Assembly: GCA_964658305.1 (NCBI GenBank)
Contig: OZ210885.1
Coordinates: 186,001 to 250,000, forward strand
DNA: 64,000 nucleotides
Direction: 5' to 3'
Source: Leptogorgia sarmentosa
Taxonomy: Eukaryota
The translations under genes and the position numbers were made by a program. The notes under the pieces were generated by a model. The model was not told the origin of the DNA, searched no databases, and saw nothing but the letters and a program-made list of their open reading frames with translations. Shown here in pieces: positions 13,177 through 37,518 of the stretch. How positions within the stretch are numbered: the stretch's first letter is position 1; every line of letters starts with the position of its first letter.

Positions 13177-14352
13177 TTAAACTATTGTTTCCTCTATGTT
13201 TGGATACAGTGCATATTTGTTGTTCTTTTTGTTTCTTAATCTGTTTGAACGACCTTTGGAGAAACGAACTTGCAGGAATTTCATGCAAGGAATCTGCCAA
13301 AATTTCTGTCTGAATTCACTCGAAACAATAATGTAGAGATAAGGATTACATGCGCTGTTCGTGACTAAAAGCACATCAATTATATGAAGAAAATACAGAG
13401 AAATATCATTTTCATCCTGCGTGATCCATAACCACGTTCGACCAATGGCAAGAGGTAGCATGCAGATAAATAAGACAATAACAACTGGCCATAACATCTT
13501 GAGAGCTTTCATGTTCTTCATTAACCTACGAATAAGAAGAAAATAATCACAATTGAATCACAAATCGTGTATAAATTTTTGCGCAAACTAATTCTCAGAA
13601 ATGCGAGCAAATTTCTTTGGGGAAATTCACCACGAAAAGGATTGTTCTTTAGAAAATATAAGGCAACAACACGTTGAGTTTAATGGATTTGAAACAAACA
13701 GTACTCACGAGCTTTCATGAACCTACCTTTTAACAATGACTTCACTGTTATAAACTTTTGAGAAACTAAGAAGTGATCTTCTCATTCGAATAAACATGAC
13801 AATTATAACCAGAAATGCAGCAACAAAATATAAATCCTCAAATGCATAAAGAATTTGTCCTACGGATTTCGATATGTCCAATTCACAGGATTTTGCTGTT
13901 GTGTTCACAGTTCGCAAGGGAATTTCGACAATGGGGTAAAACACGGCCACGAATGTCCAGATACCAATAACAGTATACCAAGCGGTCTGTACTGAAATTT
14001 CGTTCAAATGACGAATGTTGACAATTGCGCTACATCTTGAATACCATACTACCACAAGAGTAAGGACCGAAGCAGGCATGAACATCAATGAGAATGGCAG
14101 CAATATCTTACAGGCGAATTCACCAAAAAGCCATCGATTGTGGGAAAATATTAACAAAAAGTAGAAAGGATTCCGAAAGATAAGCACGCCCATATCTGCG
14201 ACTGCTAGATTTACCAACAGGATTTTATTTGATATTCTTTTTACCGCATTGTACCGTAAAATAGCCACAATAACCCAGCAATTGCCAACAATTCCGACCA
14301 ACGCGAAAAACCATTGCAAAATGAAAAGTACAAGATGAGTTTTCACGATCAT
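13177..14352 (-). CDS. Rhodopsin-like (class A) GPCR, about 324 aa; exons 14352-13727 and 13525-13177
   Basis: GN in TM1, NLAVAD in TM2, WLFGEFACK, CMLP in TM6, NSACNPYLY in TM7. A phase-2 GT-AG intron joins the two ORFs. The DRY position reads SRC. Confidence 0.85.
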
Positions 14353-16282
14353 TTCAGTCACAAAATTTGGCGAGCGTAAACTTTTGTTGATCTTGTTTAT
14401 CCGTTCGTTCACTTTAGTTGCAAAGATCGATTTACGCTTTAAATTCTCCGCAAATTATATTTCTCTACTGTACGCAAGGTTGTAAATACGATATCGTACG
14501 TTGGCGTAGGCGACGGTCACCGAGTCACATAGTTTTAAATTCAAGAACTCCGATTCCTTGACTTGAATGGACATTCAACAACAACCAAGGACTTTTTTGC
14601 TATGAAGAAATATATAATTACACAACTTTGAGTTTATAGAGTTAGTACTTACTAATGTCATTATTTTTTCCTATAAATATCTGTACTTAGCTTAAATAAA
14701 CAGCAAATCTCAACAATAATACAATACAATATTATATTCAGTAGTAGCTATAACACCTTCAGTTGTAGCTACATTCAACAATGAAAACATTGGCTTGACC
14801 AGTGCCGACTGGCGAATATTTTGCAATGTTAAAAACAGAAATTTTGTTTCACCTGCCCTCTTTGAAATCATGCAAGACAACCACTGAGAATCTTGATGAA
14901 ATGGTCTACAAAAGTTTCTCGGATTAATTAATGACGCAGTTCATTCAGTAAAAACATACAGTTTAGGACTTCAGGTTACAATAAGCAACAGTTGAAGCAA
15001 AGCGGAGAATATTACCATTGTTTCAACAGCAGCCTGTGTGTGCTTATGACAGATTATAATTTCGTGTAGAGTTGTGTTCAATCGATCCTTTTTAATTAAC
15101 ACGTTCAACTGCTGAGCAAGATGCAGTCGATGATAGGGATTTTAAGTGTTGTGTGGCTACATTGAGGCAGCCAGCCCAAACATTAAGTTTGATATATCAG
15201 CGTTGTTATAGATAAAAATCCCATCACATCTCAACGTGTATATCGCGACGAAAGCTTATACTTAAAGAGCTCCAAACAAGTGCTTAGTGTAAATTGATGC
15301 CACAGCTAAACATAAAAATTCAAAGCCTAGATGTGTTCTTGATAACATCCGGGTGTTTTCCTGAACAATTGATCAACATAACTGCAAACATATTGACTGT
15401 TGAAGAGTTCAAAATTGGAGCTAAATATTGACGCAAAGCTAAGCCCCAGTATGTCGATTGAAAGTAATATCTTTAAACGCATTTCACCTGCTGAGAATTC
15501 CACTTTAATAATTTTGACTTTAGAAATCAGCTTCGCGGTGGATTATAGTAATGTGTTATAGCACAAGATATAGCCACTACTTACCTGGATTTAACTGTAT
15601 ACATTGCATGTTGCGAGTTTTTTTCTATTTAAAGATTATTCAGAAACAACAGCAACGAATGAAAAAAACAACATTTAACAACCTGTCGCATTTAGAGATA
15701 AAAAGATAACAGGTGATTGGGAATGGAATAATTAAACACTGAAGTACATGATCTCAACCAATAGGATTGCAAGATAAGCTGTATAAATTACTTAGAGAGA
15801 CACCTGCAGATAAAGTGAAGAAATTACGTGTAGACAAATTTTAATTATCATTAAGGTATCCAAGCAAACATTACATTCAATTTTTGCATTGTTTTTATTG
15901 TCGTAAAAACAAAAAGTTAAAAGATCACTTAAAATAAACTTACGAACAAAATTGCTACAAATTTAAACCGATCGATGTGATCGAAGATATGTGGGAACAG
16001 GTTTTGAGCCACCGGTCTGCTCCTGAACATCAGTGGAGGGGGCGGAACGTTGCTATTTTTGGAAGAACAGCACTTGGATATTCAAATTCCTTGGGAACCT
16101 TACATAACACAGAGAATTGACCAATCAGCCCACGTGAACTTATGGAATCGATTTTTTTATTTGACATTTATACACAAAGTGATATTCGCGCGACCAAAAT
16201 TAAAATTATAAGGGCACATTATTATATACAAGCAATTCGTATTATAATAAAAACCATGACCAGCCGACAATTTATAAAAATA

Positions 16283-16557
16283 GAGTAAAAAACAAATTCC
16301 GAAAATACAGGACATCTTGAGAATTCAATATATAATTCAAAACACAAGACGCAGTTTAATTGAGACTGTAAATTTTCGACTTTATTTCAAAGTTGCATCT
16401 TCAGACAGAATGAATGTGTAAAGTATTGTATTTCATTCTGTCTGAAGATGCAACTTTGAAATAAAGTCGAAAATTTACAGTCTCAAACTGCGTCTTGTTT
16501 TGAATCATATATTGAATTCTCACGATGTCATGTATTGTCGGAATTTGTTTTTTACTC
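16283..16557. repeat. Long foldback/MITE hairpin (arms about 130 bp)
   Basis: The left arm ...ctgtaaattttcgactttatttcaaagttgcatcttcagacagaatgaa is the reverse complement of the right arm ttcattctgtctgaagatgcaactttgaaataaagtcgaaaatttacag... Confidence 0.85.
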
Positions 16558-17266
16558 GTATAATAATGGCACAGAATGCTCGGGTAATTTGTAAATGGCC
16601 ACAACAAAGTTAGTGAATCTTCGTTAATGAGGAAATAAGAGACGTCCACTGATCTGTATAAGCTTGCTTTGTAAATATTTTTTTTTAAATTATCATCTGA
16701 TTCATAATCAACAAATTTCAAAATTCTTCATGGCAGGAATATTTCCTTGTAGTATAATAGTATGCATCCGAAATAAGAAACTACTATACACAATTGTACA
16801 CTGTAGCGTCAATAATTATTATTTTACAAAATAATTCAATAAATAGAAATATTACATTCATTACAAAAATAAATAGAAAATGGTACTAATTACATGCATG
16901 CGTGTAAAAATATTAATAATTGAAAGGAATAAAATTCTGTAGATTGCAATAAAAAGTACCCTGTATATCGAACTCGATTATATAGCATCAAAACAGGACA
17001 TTAAAATGCTGACTATACCTAAACGATAAAGAGAATACGACCAAAGCCTTCGCTCGAAATGTCATCTCTGTTTTCTCTTCTTTTTTCTAATGCGCAGTTA
17101 ATTTCGGTCACTAATATCATCTCATCACTAACCTATAACAACTTTATAACTGACACACCTAACACTAACCACTATTATTATTATGCTGTTGAGATGTTTT
17201 TCACCCACTTGTAAATAAATAAATAATTAAATAAATAGACAAATAAATAAATACCATTATTAAATA

Positions 17267-28706
<11,440 letters not shown>

Positions 28707-29490
28707 TGTAGCATAGTTGTGAAAGTCCTTTATTCTGAACCAAGATTCATCGATCGTTCACATTTGTAGTACAAAAATATGCAGCATAATGCATTATTCC
28801 AGGAGTGTTTGCATTTTAATTTACGATCGGATTTTCGAATAAAAAGATTACCATAATATCTGACTAAATGAAGTTCTTCAGATTCTGTAAGAACTGCAGA
28901 CTCGGGCCTGTTATGAGCAAAATTAAATCATTCTAGTGATTTGCAGGAATCTTCCTCATCGATTTCTCCGACGTCGTGTTTTGCACCAGGCTCTGGTATA
29001 TAACCACATGAGAATGCTCACTCCGGACGTATGTGGTACACACCCAGACATCAACGCATCCACAGCTGCGAATGTGGCCCACGCCCATCGATTCCCTTTG
29101 CATGCCCGTATCTAACCCCCCCCCCACTTGGCCATTCATTATACAGATATTCGATGCACATGGTGTAATCTACTGAACACGACAATAATTAAGTTATTCA
29201 CACTTCTGTTCATTCTACGATAGAAAATGGTGAAAATAGCTGTTAGTAGGGATTTTCAATTAAAATCCTAAAACTATCCTAATCCCTGAGATGGCACGTC
29301 AAACGTTTCCTGTGCCGAACGTAATGCTAACTGATGAGCTAAGTTCATTCTTCGAGTTCATTGAGTTGAAAAGTTCGACTTCTGAAGGATCGAGTTCGAG
29401 GCCTAACAAAGTTACAAATTAATGATATTTCTATTCTTTTAACGACATTCAGTGGTCAAAGTTCAAAAATCAGATACGCAGAAACAAATA

Positions 29491-32400
29491 TTACTGTAGG
29501 AATTGTGGATTTTTATCCAAAAATTTCTCAACAAGACCTCTTAATGCTGGACAATTTGGAGGTGCAAAATGGGCAATGAAATCCTTCTCCGACACAACGC
29601 ATTCTTTATTGTAGAAACTGCAAAGAGTTTGCAAGAGATTGTCTCTCTCCACAACGTATTTTCCATTCATCGTGCCACTATTTAGTTGATCATTGATGGC
29701 GGCTTGCTCGAATTTATCGGTAGAGCACCAATCTTTTTTCCATGCTTTATCATTTGTTACATTAAGAAAAAACTCACGAACTGTTGGCGTATTACGAAAG
29801 AGCAGCACCCCGGCATTGAGCATTCTGTCCTTGCGAGGCCAACTTACCAGGAAATCCTTCCCAGGATACATCTCCATAAACGATTCCAACGTTTTGTCCA
29901 TGTCTACAAAAACTGCATCAGTATCTACCCAAAATAACAGCTTGCAGTCGCCAAGATATTTCAATATCGCATGAATCTTGTTCCACACTCGATGACACGG
30001 AGAATTTTTGTGGAAGCCAAATGTCTCCTCAAGATAAGCATACCCATGTCGATTGCAGTACTTCATCTTATTCTGACGAAGACGGCGGAGCTGCGGAGTT
30101 AGACATCCCTGGGTTTTGTGGCTACCTGTTTAAAGTTAAAACAATAATAATCAACCATTAATCGCCGAAGCCGAGGTGATTACAAGCTCAGATTAACTGA
30201 GCCGCAGCAGGTAAAGTGTGCTTGTTTTCTTTCAATGGCTTCTAGCCTAATTCACGTAAAAATTCTCTATTAATGAGGTGTAAATGAGAATTCCATATTA
30301 GAACTGCATGGTCATCAATAATGGCACCTAAAGCTTTTGCCTAATTTTCTTATATAGTTAAACAACTTCTCGATCACTTTCAATTTTGCTAATCAGTTGC
30401 CTATATAGTCCTGGCTATCATATATTCTCATTGAGAGTCAATTTACTGTCCAACAGCCATTGAAGTTAGTATATTTGTGAAATCATTGTTTAAATTTATT
30501 TCGATGTCTATAATCGAGGACCCGTTTGCTGCCAGAAGTCTAAAAAAATTAGGCAAATCATTTATACAAATAAGAAACAGTATTGGGCCTTAACAATAAA
30601 CAATTATTGGATGAGGCTGAGCATGATATCAAGAATTATTCAGACCATCGAGATCAATGTTATCTGCCGAAACGAAGCTGAGGCGGATAACTTTGACCGA
30701 GGTCTGAATAATTCTTGATATCATGCGAAAGCCGAATCCAATAATTCTTTTATTATACATTTAAAAGAGAGTTCACTTTCATTCAGCGAAGCAAATCTGC
30801 TGCAGGCCATTGTTTGCTTGTTTGTTTTTTCGCGCGCTTTTAGCTTCAAGCTTTTGACAGCGCTAGGGCTTGGGCACGAGAGAGTCCAATAATATTTTTT
30901 TTGGATGCAAGTTCGATCCAAAAAAATAATTATTGGACGCTGATGACGTCATCGGCGGAAAATACGTAATAAATACCGAATACTGAGAATTAGCCGGTGC
31001 TTTCTGACCAATCAGGAACGAGAATAAATTTTAAATGTATATTAATTTGAATTAGTAGTTTACATGCATGCCGCAGCCTTCAACTTCAGCATTTCGCATC
31101 GTCGGCGGGAAATTTCAGAGAAATATGTTTTTTTACATTCATTTGCTCCTGCAGAAATTGATGCGTAAGAATAACAACGAATTGAATTTTTCTAAACGAA
31201 AATGTACACGAGACGGGCTGTAAAAAGGCGATTAATATTTATCATTTATAGACCCGGAGCGAGGGGGATTCGGCGTAATATTTCCCGAAGTGATGATATT
31301 TTCCGAGGGGCTTCGCCCCGAGGAAAATATCATCATCTATAAATGATATATTATACCGAACAAAACATTTTTGCATCTTTGTTTTCAAGAAGTCTACTTA
31401 TTTCTTCGTCCGAGCCTTGCTCTCCCGCCATTTTCCATAGCTATGATAAGCGCGTGTTGCCCACGCGTCACGCGTGAGCGTGGGATACTATAATATCCCA
31501 CGGTGGATGTGCCGTGGGATATTATAGTATCCCACGCTGGATTGCGAAATCATGAATTTGAGTGAAATACCGTAAGATATTATACCTCACTGTTACATTG
31601 CCCAATCAAAAGGTCACATTTGTACCACGTGTCCACAAATTTTTTTAGCGAATACCATGCCATGGGAACTTTATACCCTAGATTTTTCTCCGGGGCATGG
31701 TATTCGACTTTGAAATAGCCCGCTCGTTATTGCTCGCATAAATTAAAGATGGCGGAAGCTGTAGGGGCAACATGGCCGACAACAACGTTGAAAATGAAAT
31801 GAAACTTTACTTAAATCAAATTTTCGGTATAATATATCAGTTATCGACCTTTCACTCGGGGTATTTCACAAAAAATTACCCCTCGGAATGAAATATTCCT
31901 CGGGCTGCGCCCTCGGAATATTACATTCCTCGGGGTATTTTTTTGTGGAATACCAATACCCCTCGTTCCAGGTCAATAACTGATAAATATTCATAGTGCC
32001 ACATAAAATCTGTATCCAAAGTTTAAATTGCTTCAGGTGATAATTATTAACAAATAGAGCGAAACATTTGCAATACTAGGTACATCAACGTCAAGTAAAT
32101 AATATCATTTCTTCTCGCATGTCATTTTGTTCAACCCAAATAAAATAGGAATGAGTGCAGATGAGAAACTATACCGTCCTCTTTCTTAGGCTGTAAAGGC
32201 CTCCCGCTGTAGCAACTAGTACTATTCCAGGTGATCTCGATACACGGAAAAGGACTGGGACTAGATGTCAAATAGAAATCCATTTTTCGACCGAAACAAC
32301 TGAATATCTCTCATAATATACTTTATTTCGATTTCATATTTTTGTCAGAGCTATAGTTCTCATAACCAAACATAATTACCAAATTTCAAGTAGTTTCGTA

Positions 32401-33418
32401 CCGAATAACGAAAGATATAATCGTGTGAATATAGCAAAATGGTTTCTATTCGGGCAACCCTTTCTGAGCGCTGATTGGCTGAAACACGAATACGAGATCA
32501 CCTGGTTATAATCTCAATTGATAAGTTACCTGTTAGAACGCAAACATTATCAAGTCGACAAGATTTCTCCCAGCTTTCCCGCCAGTTGCTCTCCACATTC
32601 AATGTTTCTTCCTCACTTTTCATCACAGCACAAGAAAATTTCTGGGCCTTTCTGTATTCTTCGAATAACATATCCACGCCATTCTGAGGCTTCATATTGG
32701 ATTTATTGAAAGCTTTAGCGATGCAAGAATCTACTAGAGCACATTCTAACCATTTTTCAATAAAAAGTTTATAACGAAGATAATTTATACCAATCGCAAT
32801 CGTGACACATTGTCCTTGCGAGGTCTTGGAGCTACTGGCGGCGACAAAACCAGCATCGCTTACGACTTCAATTATGTCATCCAATAATAATGATGCTATT
32901 TTACTTTCAGGTTCAATCCAAATAACTTCACCAAATGCAGCGGCAGCCGACTGTAATACAATTGGCTTTATCGCACTCAAATGGTAGTGTCGAATATGCA
33001 ACGGATGAAAATGATAGGGAAAATGATGTAAATGTATTCTTACTGAAGTCTTTAAGTTTTTCAGGTAATTAAACTCACAGTCACGAAGATCCAAGCTCCA
33101 TACCGTAAGATCAAATTCACCACCTTGAGCAGTCAGCGAATGAATAAATTTCAGCAGCCATTTAAATTCACGAGAACTGATTGCAGTCACAAGATTGTAG
33201 CTGTCTTTGAGTGTTACCTTTTTTGAAACCGTTAAAATCGTCTTTGATGAATCCTCAAGATGTCCACTTGACGTGTTGTATTTTGAGGAATGTATCGAAA
33301 ATAAAGCAAACACAATTATGAGAAGTATTAGAAACGCCAAGAAATATCTTACATCATAAGATCTATAACACTGTTTGCGAACTTGAGGACGAAGTCTTAA
33401 CTTACGCATACCAGGCAT
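29491..33418 (-). CDS. Type II membrane glycosyltransferase-like protein, DUF1647-like + GT34-like domains (copy A, 507 aa); exons 33418-32530 and 30125-29491
   Basis: Basic N-tail plus TM segment; VTAISS, KPIVLQ and KWLECALVDSCI motifs. A phase-1 splice ACAG|GTAACT to aaacag|GTAGC gives VCVLTGSHK..., then NKMKYCNRHGY, WNKIHAI, WVDTDA (DxD), LNAGV, FEQAAI and DFIAHF. Confidence 0.8.
30593..31985. repeat. Cluster of palindromic elements in the copy A intron (about 30593-30760, 30884-30938, 31291-31335, 31477-31538, 31835-31984)
   Basis: Each has visible inverted arms, e.g. gcatgatatcaagaattattcagacc / ggtctgaataattcttgatatcatgc and agcgtgggatactataatatcccacgg / ccgtgggatattatagtatcccacgct. 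The cluster is absent from the copy B intron. Confidence 0.85.
32227..32505. mobile_element. About 280-bp TIR element inserted near the 5' end of the copy A intron
   Basis: ccaggtgatctcg / cgagatcacctgg termini; the paralogous site in copy B (agcaactattataatctc, about 36438-36455) is empty. Confidence 0.8.
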
Positions 33419-34590
33419 AACGGTGATGAAATCCGCAACGTACAGATGAGCAATAATATGTATACGTCAAAGTTGCTTCGTGTCTTAAATCTACATAACA
33501 ACTCTTTGTGAACCTCCGTTCGGAAAAAGCCAAGCAGTTAATTAAAGCAAATTGACTCGTGACTTTTAGTGCGGAATATTCTTGATGAATTTACATGCGT
33601 GGGAGGCCTTGAAAATGCTATTATAATGTCACTCATGAAAGATTGTTGGCACGCGTAATGAAAACTTCGCAAAATTTTGCCGCACATGCATGGGAATTTT
33701 GCTTACGCCAATAACCACGAGTGACTGCCGCCAGCTCAGCAATAGCTACTCGCGGGCGAGATGTCAAACGTTTCAACTCGAGAAAAAGCGATTTTTCAGT
33801 ATTCAAATTCGAAATGTTGGGAAGATAAATTGCATGGTATGTATCCATATGGCGAATTGAATTGTTCGCGCGAACAGAAAACAAGCAACTTGGACACAAA
33901 GGCGACTGGTGACAAACACTGCATGACGACATCACCACCCAATCACATTCACTTTTCTCCCGTTCGCGTGAAAAAACTCAACAAGTGAGGAAAATGAACT
34001 TTATACCTTTGTGGATCATTCCTAGCGCTCACTCGTCACATGAATCATTCCCCTGCACGAGACGCTTTTTCTCGTTCAAATATTTTCTGAAAACCACTCT
34101 CGTCGTTTTGTGCATTTTTATTGTTCTTTTGAACGCTTGTTCCTATATTCTTTAATTTTTTTGCGTTGAAATTTGGTTCCGAAACAATTATTAATAACAA
34201 CACACATTAGCTGGAATATGAGAATGCCTGAAAACGAAGCTGTCTTGCACAACATGAAGAAAGTGTAGGAAACTGACACGTTAAACGGTTAAACTGCACT
34301 ATAAACTGTAGCTACCATACACAGTGGCATGGAGTTTAATCTTTTAAAATTCAATTCTTTAACTACTACAACCGAAAATTTAATTCTTTTAACTACTACA
34401 ATCAACTACAGTCTTGTCGGATTTATTCATGCATATACTTGCAATCAATTGCGATAAATATTTTTAAAACTAGAATGGAATACTATAACGAATTTATCAC
34501 ATTTTCTTATTGAAAATGCATTTGTACATTTCGAACTTACTTTTCATGAGCCAAATGTAATTAAAAAATATTCAAAATAAATTTTAAAAA

Positions 34591-34862
34591 AAGTGTTTGT
34601 TATTGTTGTTATTGCATTTACACTTTCACATTCTTGTTCTGATTGCCTGCGATCGACTGGCGACCTCAGCCACTGCATATTAATCAGCTGTAATATCAAC
34701 ATCATATAGGTAGGTGTGAGCTAGATTAAGCCGGCATAGCTGTTGGGCTATCAATGGCGTATTGATACTAGCTGATGATTAGTTTGCAGTAACCGACGTC
34801 GCCAGTCGATCACTGGCAATGAGAACATGAATGTGAAAGTGTAATTGCAAATAACAACACTT
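34591..34862. repeat. Foldback/MITE element
   Basis: tacactttcacatt...gatcgactggcgac pairs with gtcgccagtcgatc...aatgtgaaagtgta. Confidence 0.75.
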
Positions 34863-35202
34863 TATCTTAAACCCAATCCTGATATTAATCATACAACCCT
34901 AACCCCCAGATCTGAACTTTTATTCCAACCTTAAACCAAGTCCGAACGCTAATCCTGGTTCTTAAAATCTAAAGCCACCCTTTAAACGTAGGCCGCCTCT
35001 AAAACGTGACTCATGCATAATGTAACTTCACTTTGTTAACAATTTAGCACTTTCTAACGTTTTAACACTTCCTCAGGTTCTCAGGGCGGGAAAAGTCACG
35101 TCAAAATAGTATGTGGCAAGTATGTGCATATTTTAAGACTTTGAAAGCCAAGTGCGCCTGTCGATGAAATGTTAAAGACATACAAAACTGAATTTTCGAA
35201 TT

Positions 35203-37331
35203 TTACTCGAGGAATTGTGGATTTTTATCCAAAAACCTCTCAATGAGACCTTCCAATGCTGGGCAAGCCGGTGGAGCAAAATGTGCAATGAAATCCTTCT
35301 CCGATACAACGCATTCTTTATTGTTGAAACTGCAAAGAGTTTGCAGGAGATTGTCTCTTTCCATAACGTTCTTTCCATTCATCGTGCCACTATTTAGTTG
35401 ATCTCTGATGGCGGCTTGCTCGAATGGACTCTGGGAGCACCAATTGTTTTTCCATGCTTTACCATTTGTTACATTAAGAAAAAACTCACGAACTGTTGGC
35501 GTATTACGAAAGAGCATCACCCCGGCATTGGGCATTCTGTCCGTGCGAGGCCAACTTACCAGTAAATCCTTCCCAGGATACATCTCCATAAAGGATTCCA
35601 ACGTTTTGTCCATATCTACAAAAACTGCATCAGTATCTACCCATAATAACAGCCTGCAGTCGCCAAGATATTTCAATATCGCATGAATCTTATTCCACAC
35701 TCGATGACACGGAGAATTTTTGTGGAAACCAAATGTCTCTTCAAGATAAGTATACCCATGTCGATTGCAGTACTTCATCTTATTCTGACGAAGACGGCGG
35801 AGCTGCGGGGTTAGACATTCCTGGCTTTTGTGGCTACCTGGTTCAAGTTAAAACAAGGAATAATAATCAATCATTAGTCGCCGAAGCCGAGGTGATTGCA
35901 AGCTGAGATCAACTGAGCCGCAGCAGGTATAGTCAAGTGTGCTTGTAATCATGGAGCCTGAGACACGTGACTAATTAGCCTCTCTCACGCCATGCGACCA
36001 GGCCTTAAAATCCGCCATTTTTGGGTAGCAAAATCATTGTTTTTGTCGATTATTTGTTATCAAAACTGTAAAACACTGAGTTAGTCGTGTGAAATTGTAT
36101 TTAGTTTATTGGGGTGACAAATGGTTACGCCCAGCATCTTAACAATCATGACGTTGTCAAATTGGATATATCAATCAATTGCGGTTATATGATAAAATCT
36201 ACGAAACTATTTATATTAAGTGTCACTTTAAATGCGTGTCCAAAGCTAAAATTGCTTCAGGTGATAATTATCAACGAAGAGAAAGAAGCCATTTGTAATG
36301 CATGATAGGTACGTCAACGTAAAGTAAATATTTAATCATTCCTGTCGCATGTCATTTCGTTCAACGCAAATAAAATAGATGTAGTAGATGAGAAACTATA
36401 CCGTCCTCTTTCTTAGGCTGTAAAGGCCGCCCGCTGTAGCAACTATTATAATCTCAATTGATAAGTTACCTGTTAGAACGCAAACATTATCAAGTCGACA
36501 AGATTTTTCCCAGCTTTCCCGCCAGTTTCTCTCCGCATTCAATGTTTCTTCCTCACTTTTCATCACAGCACAAGAAAATTTCTGGGCCTTTCTGTATTCT
36601 TCGAATAACATATCCACGCCATTCTGAGGCTTCATATTGGATTTATGAGCTTTAGCGATGCAAGAATCTACTAGAGCACATTCTAACCATTTTTCAATAA
36701 AAAGTTTATAAGGAAGATAATTTATACCAATCGCAATCGTGACACATTGTCCTTGCGAGGTCTTGGAGCTACTGGCAGCGACAAAACCAGCATCGCTTAC
36801 GACTTCAATTATGTCATCCAATAATGATGCTATTTTACTGTCAGGTTCAATCCAAATAACTTCACCAAATGCAGCGGCAGCCGACTGTAATACAATTGGC
36901 TTTATCGCACTCAAATGGTAGTGTCGAATATGCAACGGATAAAAATGATAGGGAAAATGATGTAAATGTATTCTTACTGAAGTCTTTAAGTTTTTCAGAT
37001 AATTAAACTCACAGTCACGAAGATCCAAGCTCCATACAGTTAGATCAAATTCACCACCTTGAGCAGTCAGCGAATCAATAAATTCCAGGAGCCATTCAAA
37101 TTCTTGAGAACTGATTGCAGTCACAAGATTGTAGCTGTCTTTGACTGTTACCTTTTTTGAAGACATTAAAGTCGTCTTTAATGAATCCTTGTTGTCAATC
37201 GTTGCCCCAGGGCAACTTGACGTGGCGTCTTTTGAAGCATATATTAAAAACAAAGCGAGCACATTTATGATGAGAAGTAACACAAATAAATATCTTACAC
37301 ATTCTTTGCGAACTGGAAAAAGTAGACTCAT
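35203..37331 (-). CDS. Type II membrane glycosyltransferase-like protein, DUF1647-like + GT34-like domains (copy B); exons 37331 (or 37400)-36470 and 35837-35203
   Basis: Tandem paralogue of 29491-33418 with the same intron position and motifs and a different N-terminal tail/TM/stem. Confidence 0.8.
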
Positions 37332-37518
37332 TATAGCCTTGATGGAATTCGAAAACGTACAGAAAATTAGCAGTTTTACAGTATGAATCAATACGACCAT
37401 AAATTAGTTGACCTGCATCTAAGGACGAAAGCAGACTTATGACCTAATTAATATAATTATGACGTAAGCATAAGGAATATTTCTTATTGGTTGTCGCTTC
37501 TAAATTTGCATGCTTTGC

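Noticed and set aside
32227..32505. TIR element apparently truncating glycosyltransferase copy A
   Set aside because: The in-phase donor is ACAG|GTAACT at 32530, so the insertion is intronic and the gene is intact.
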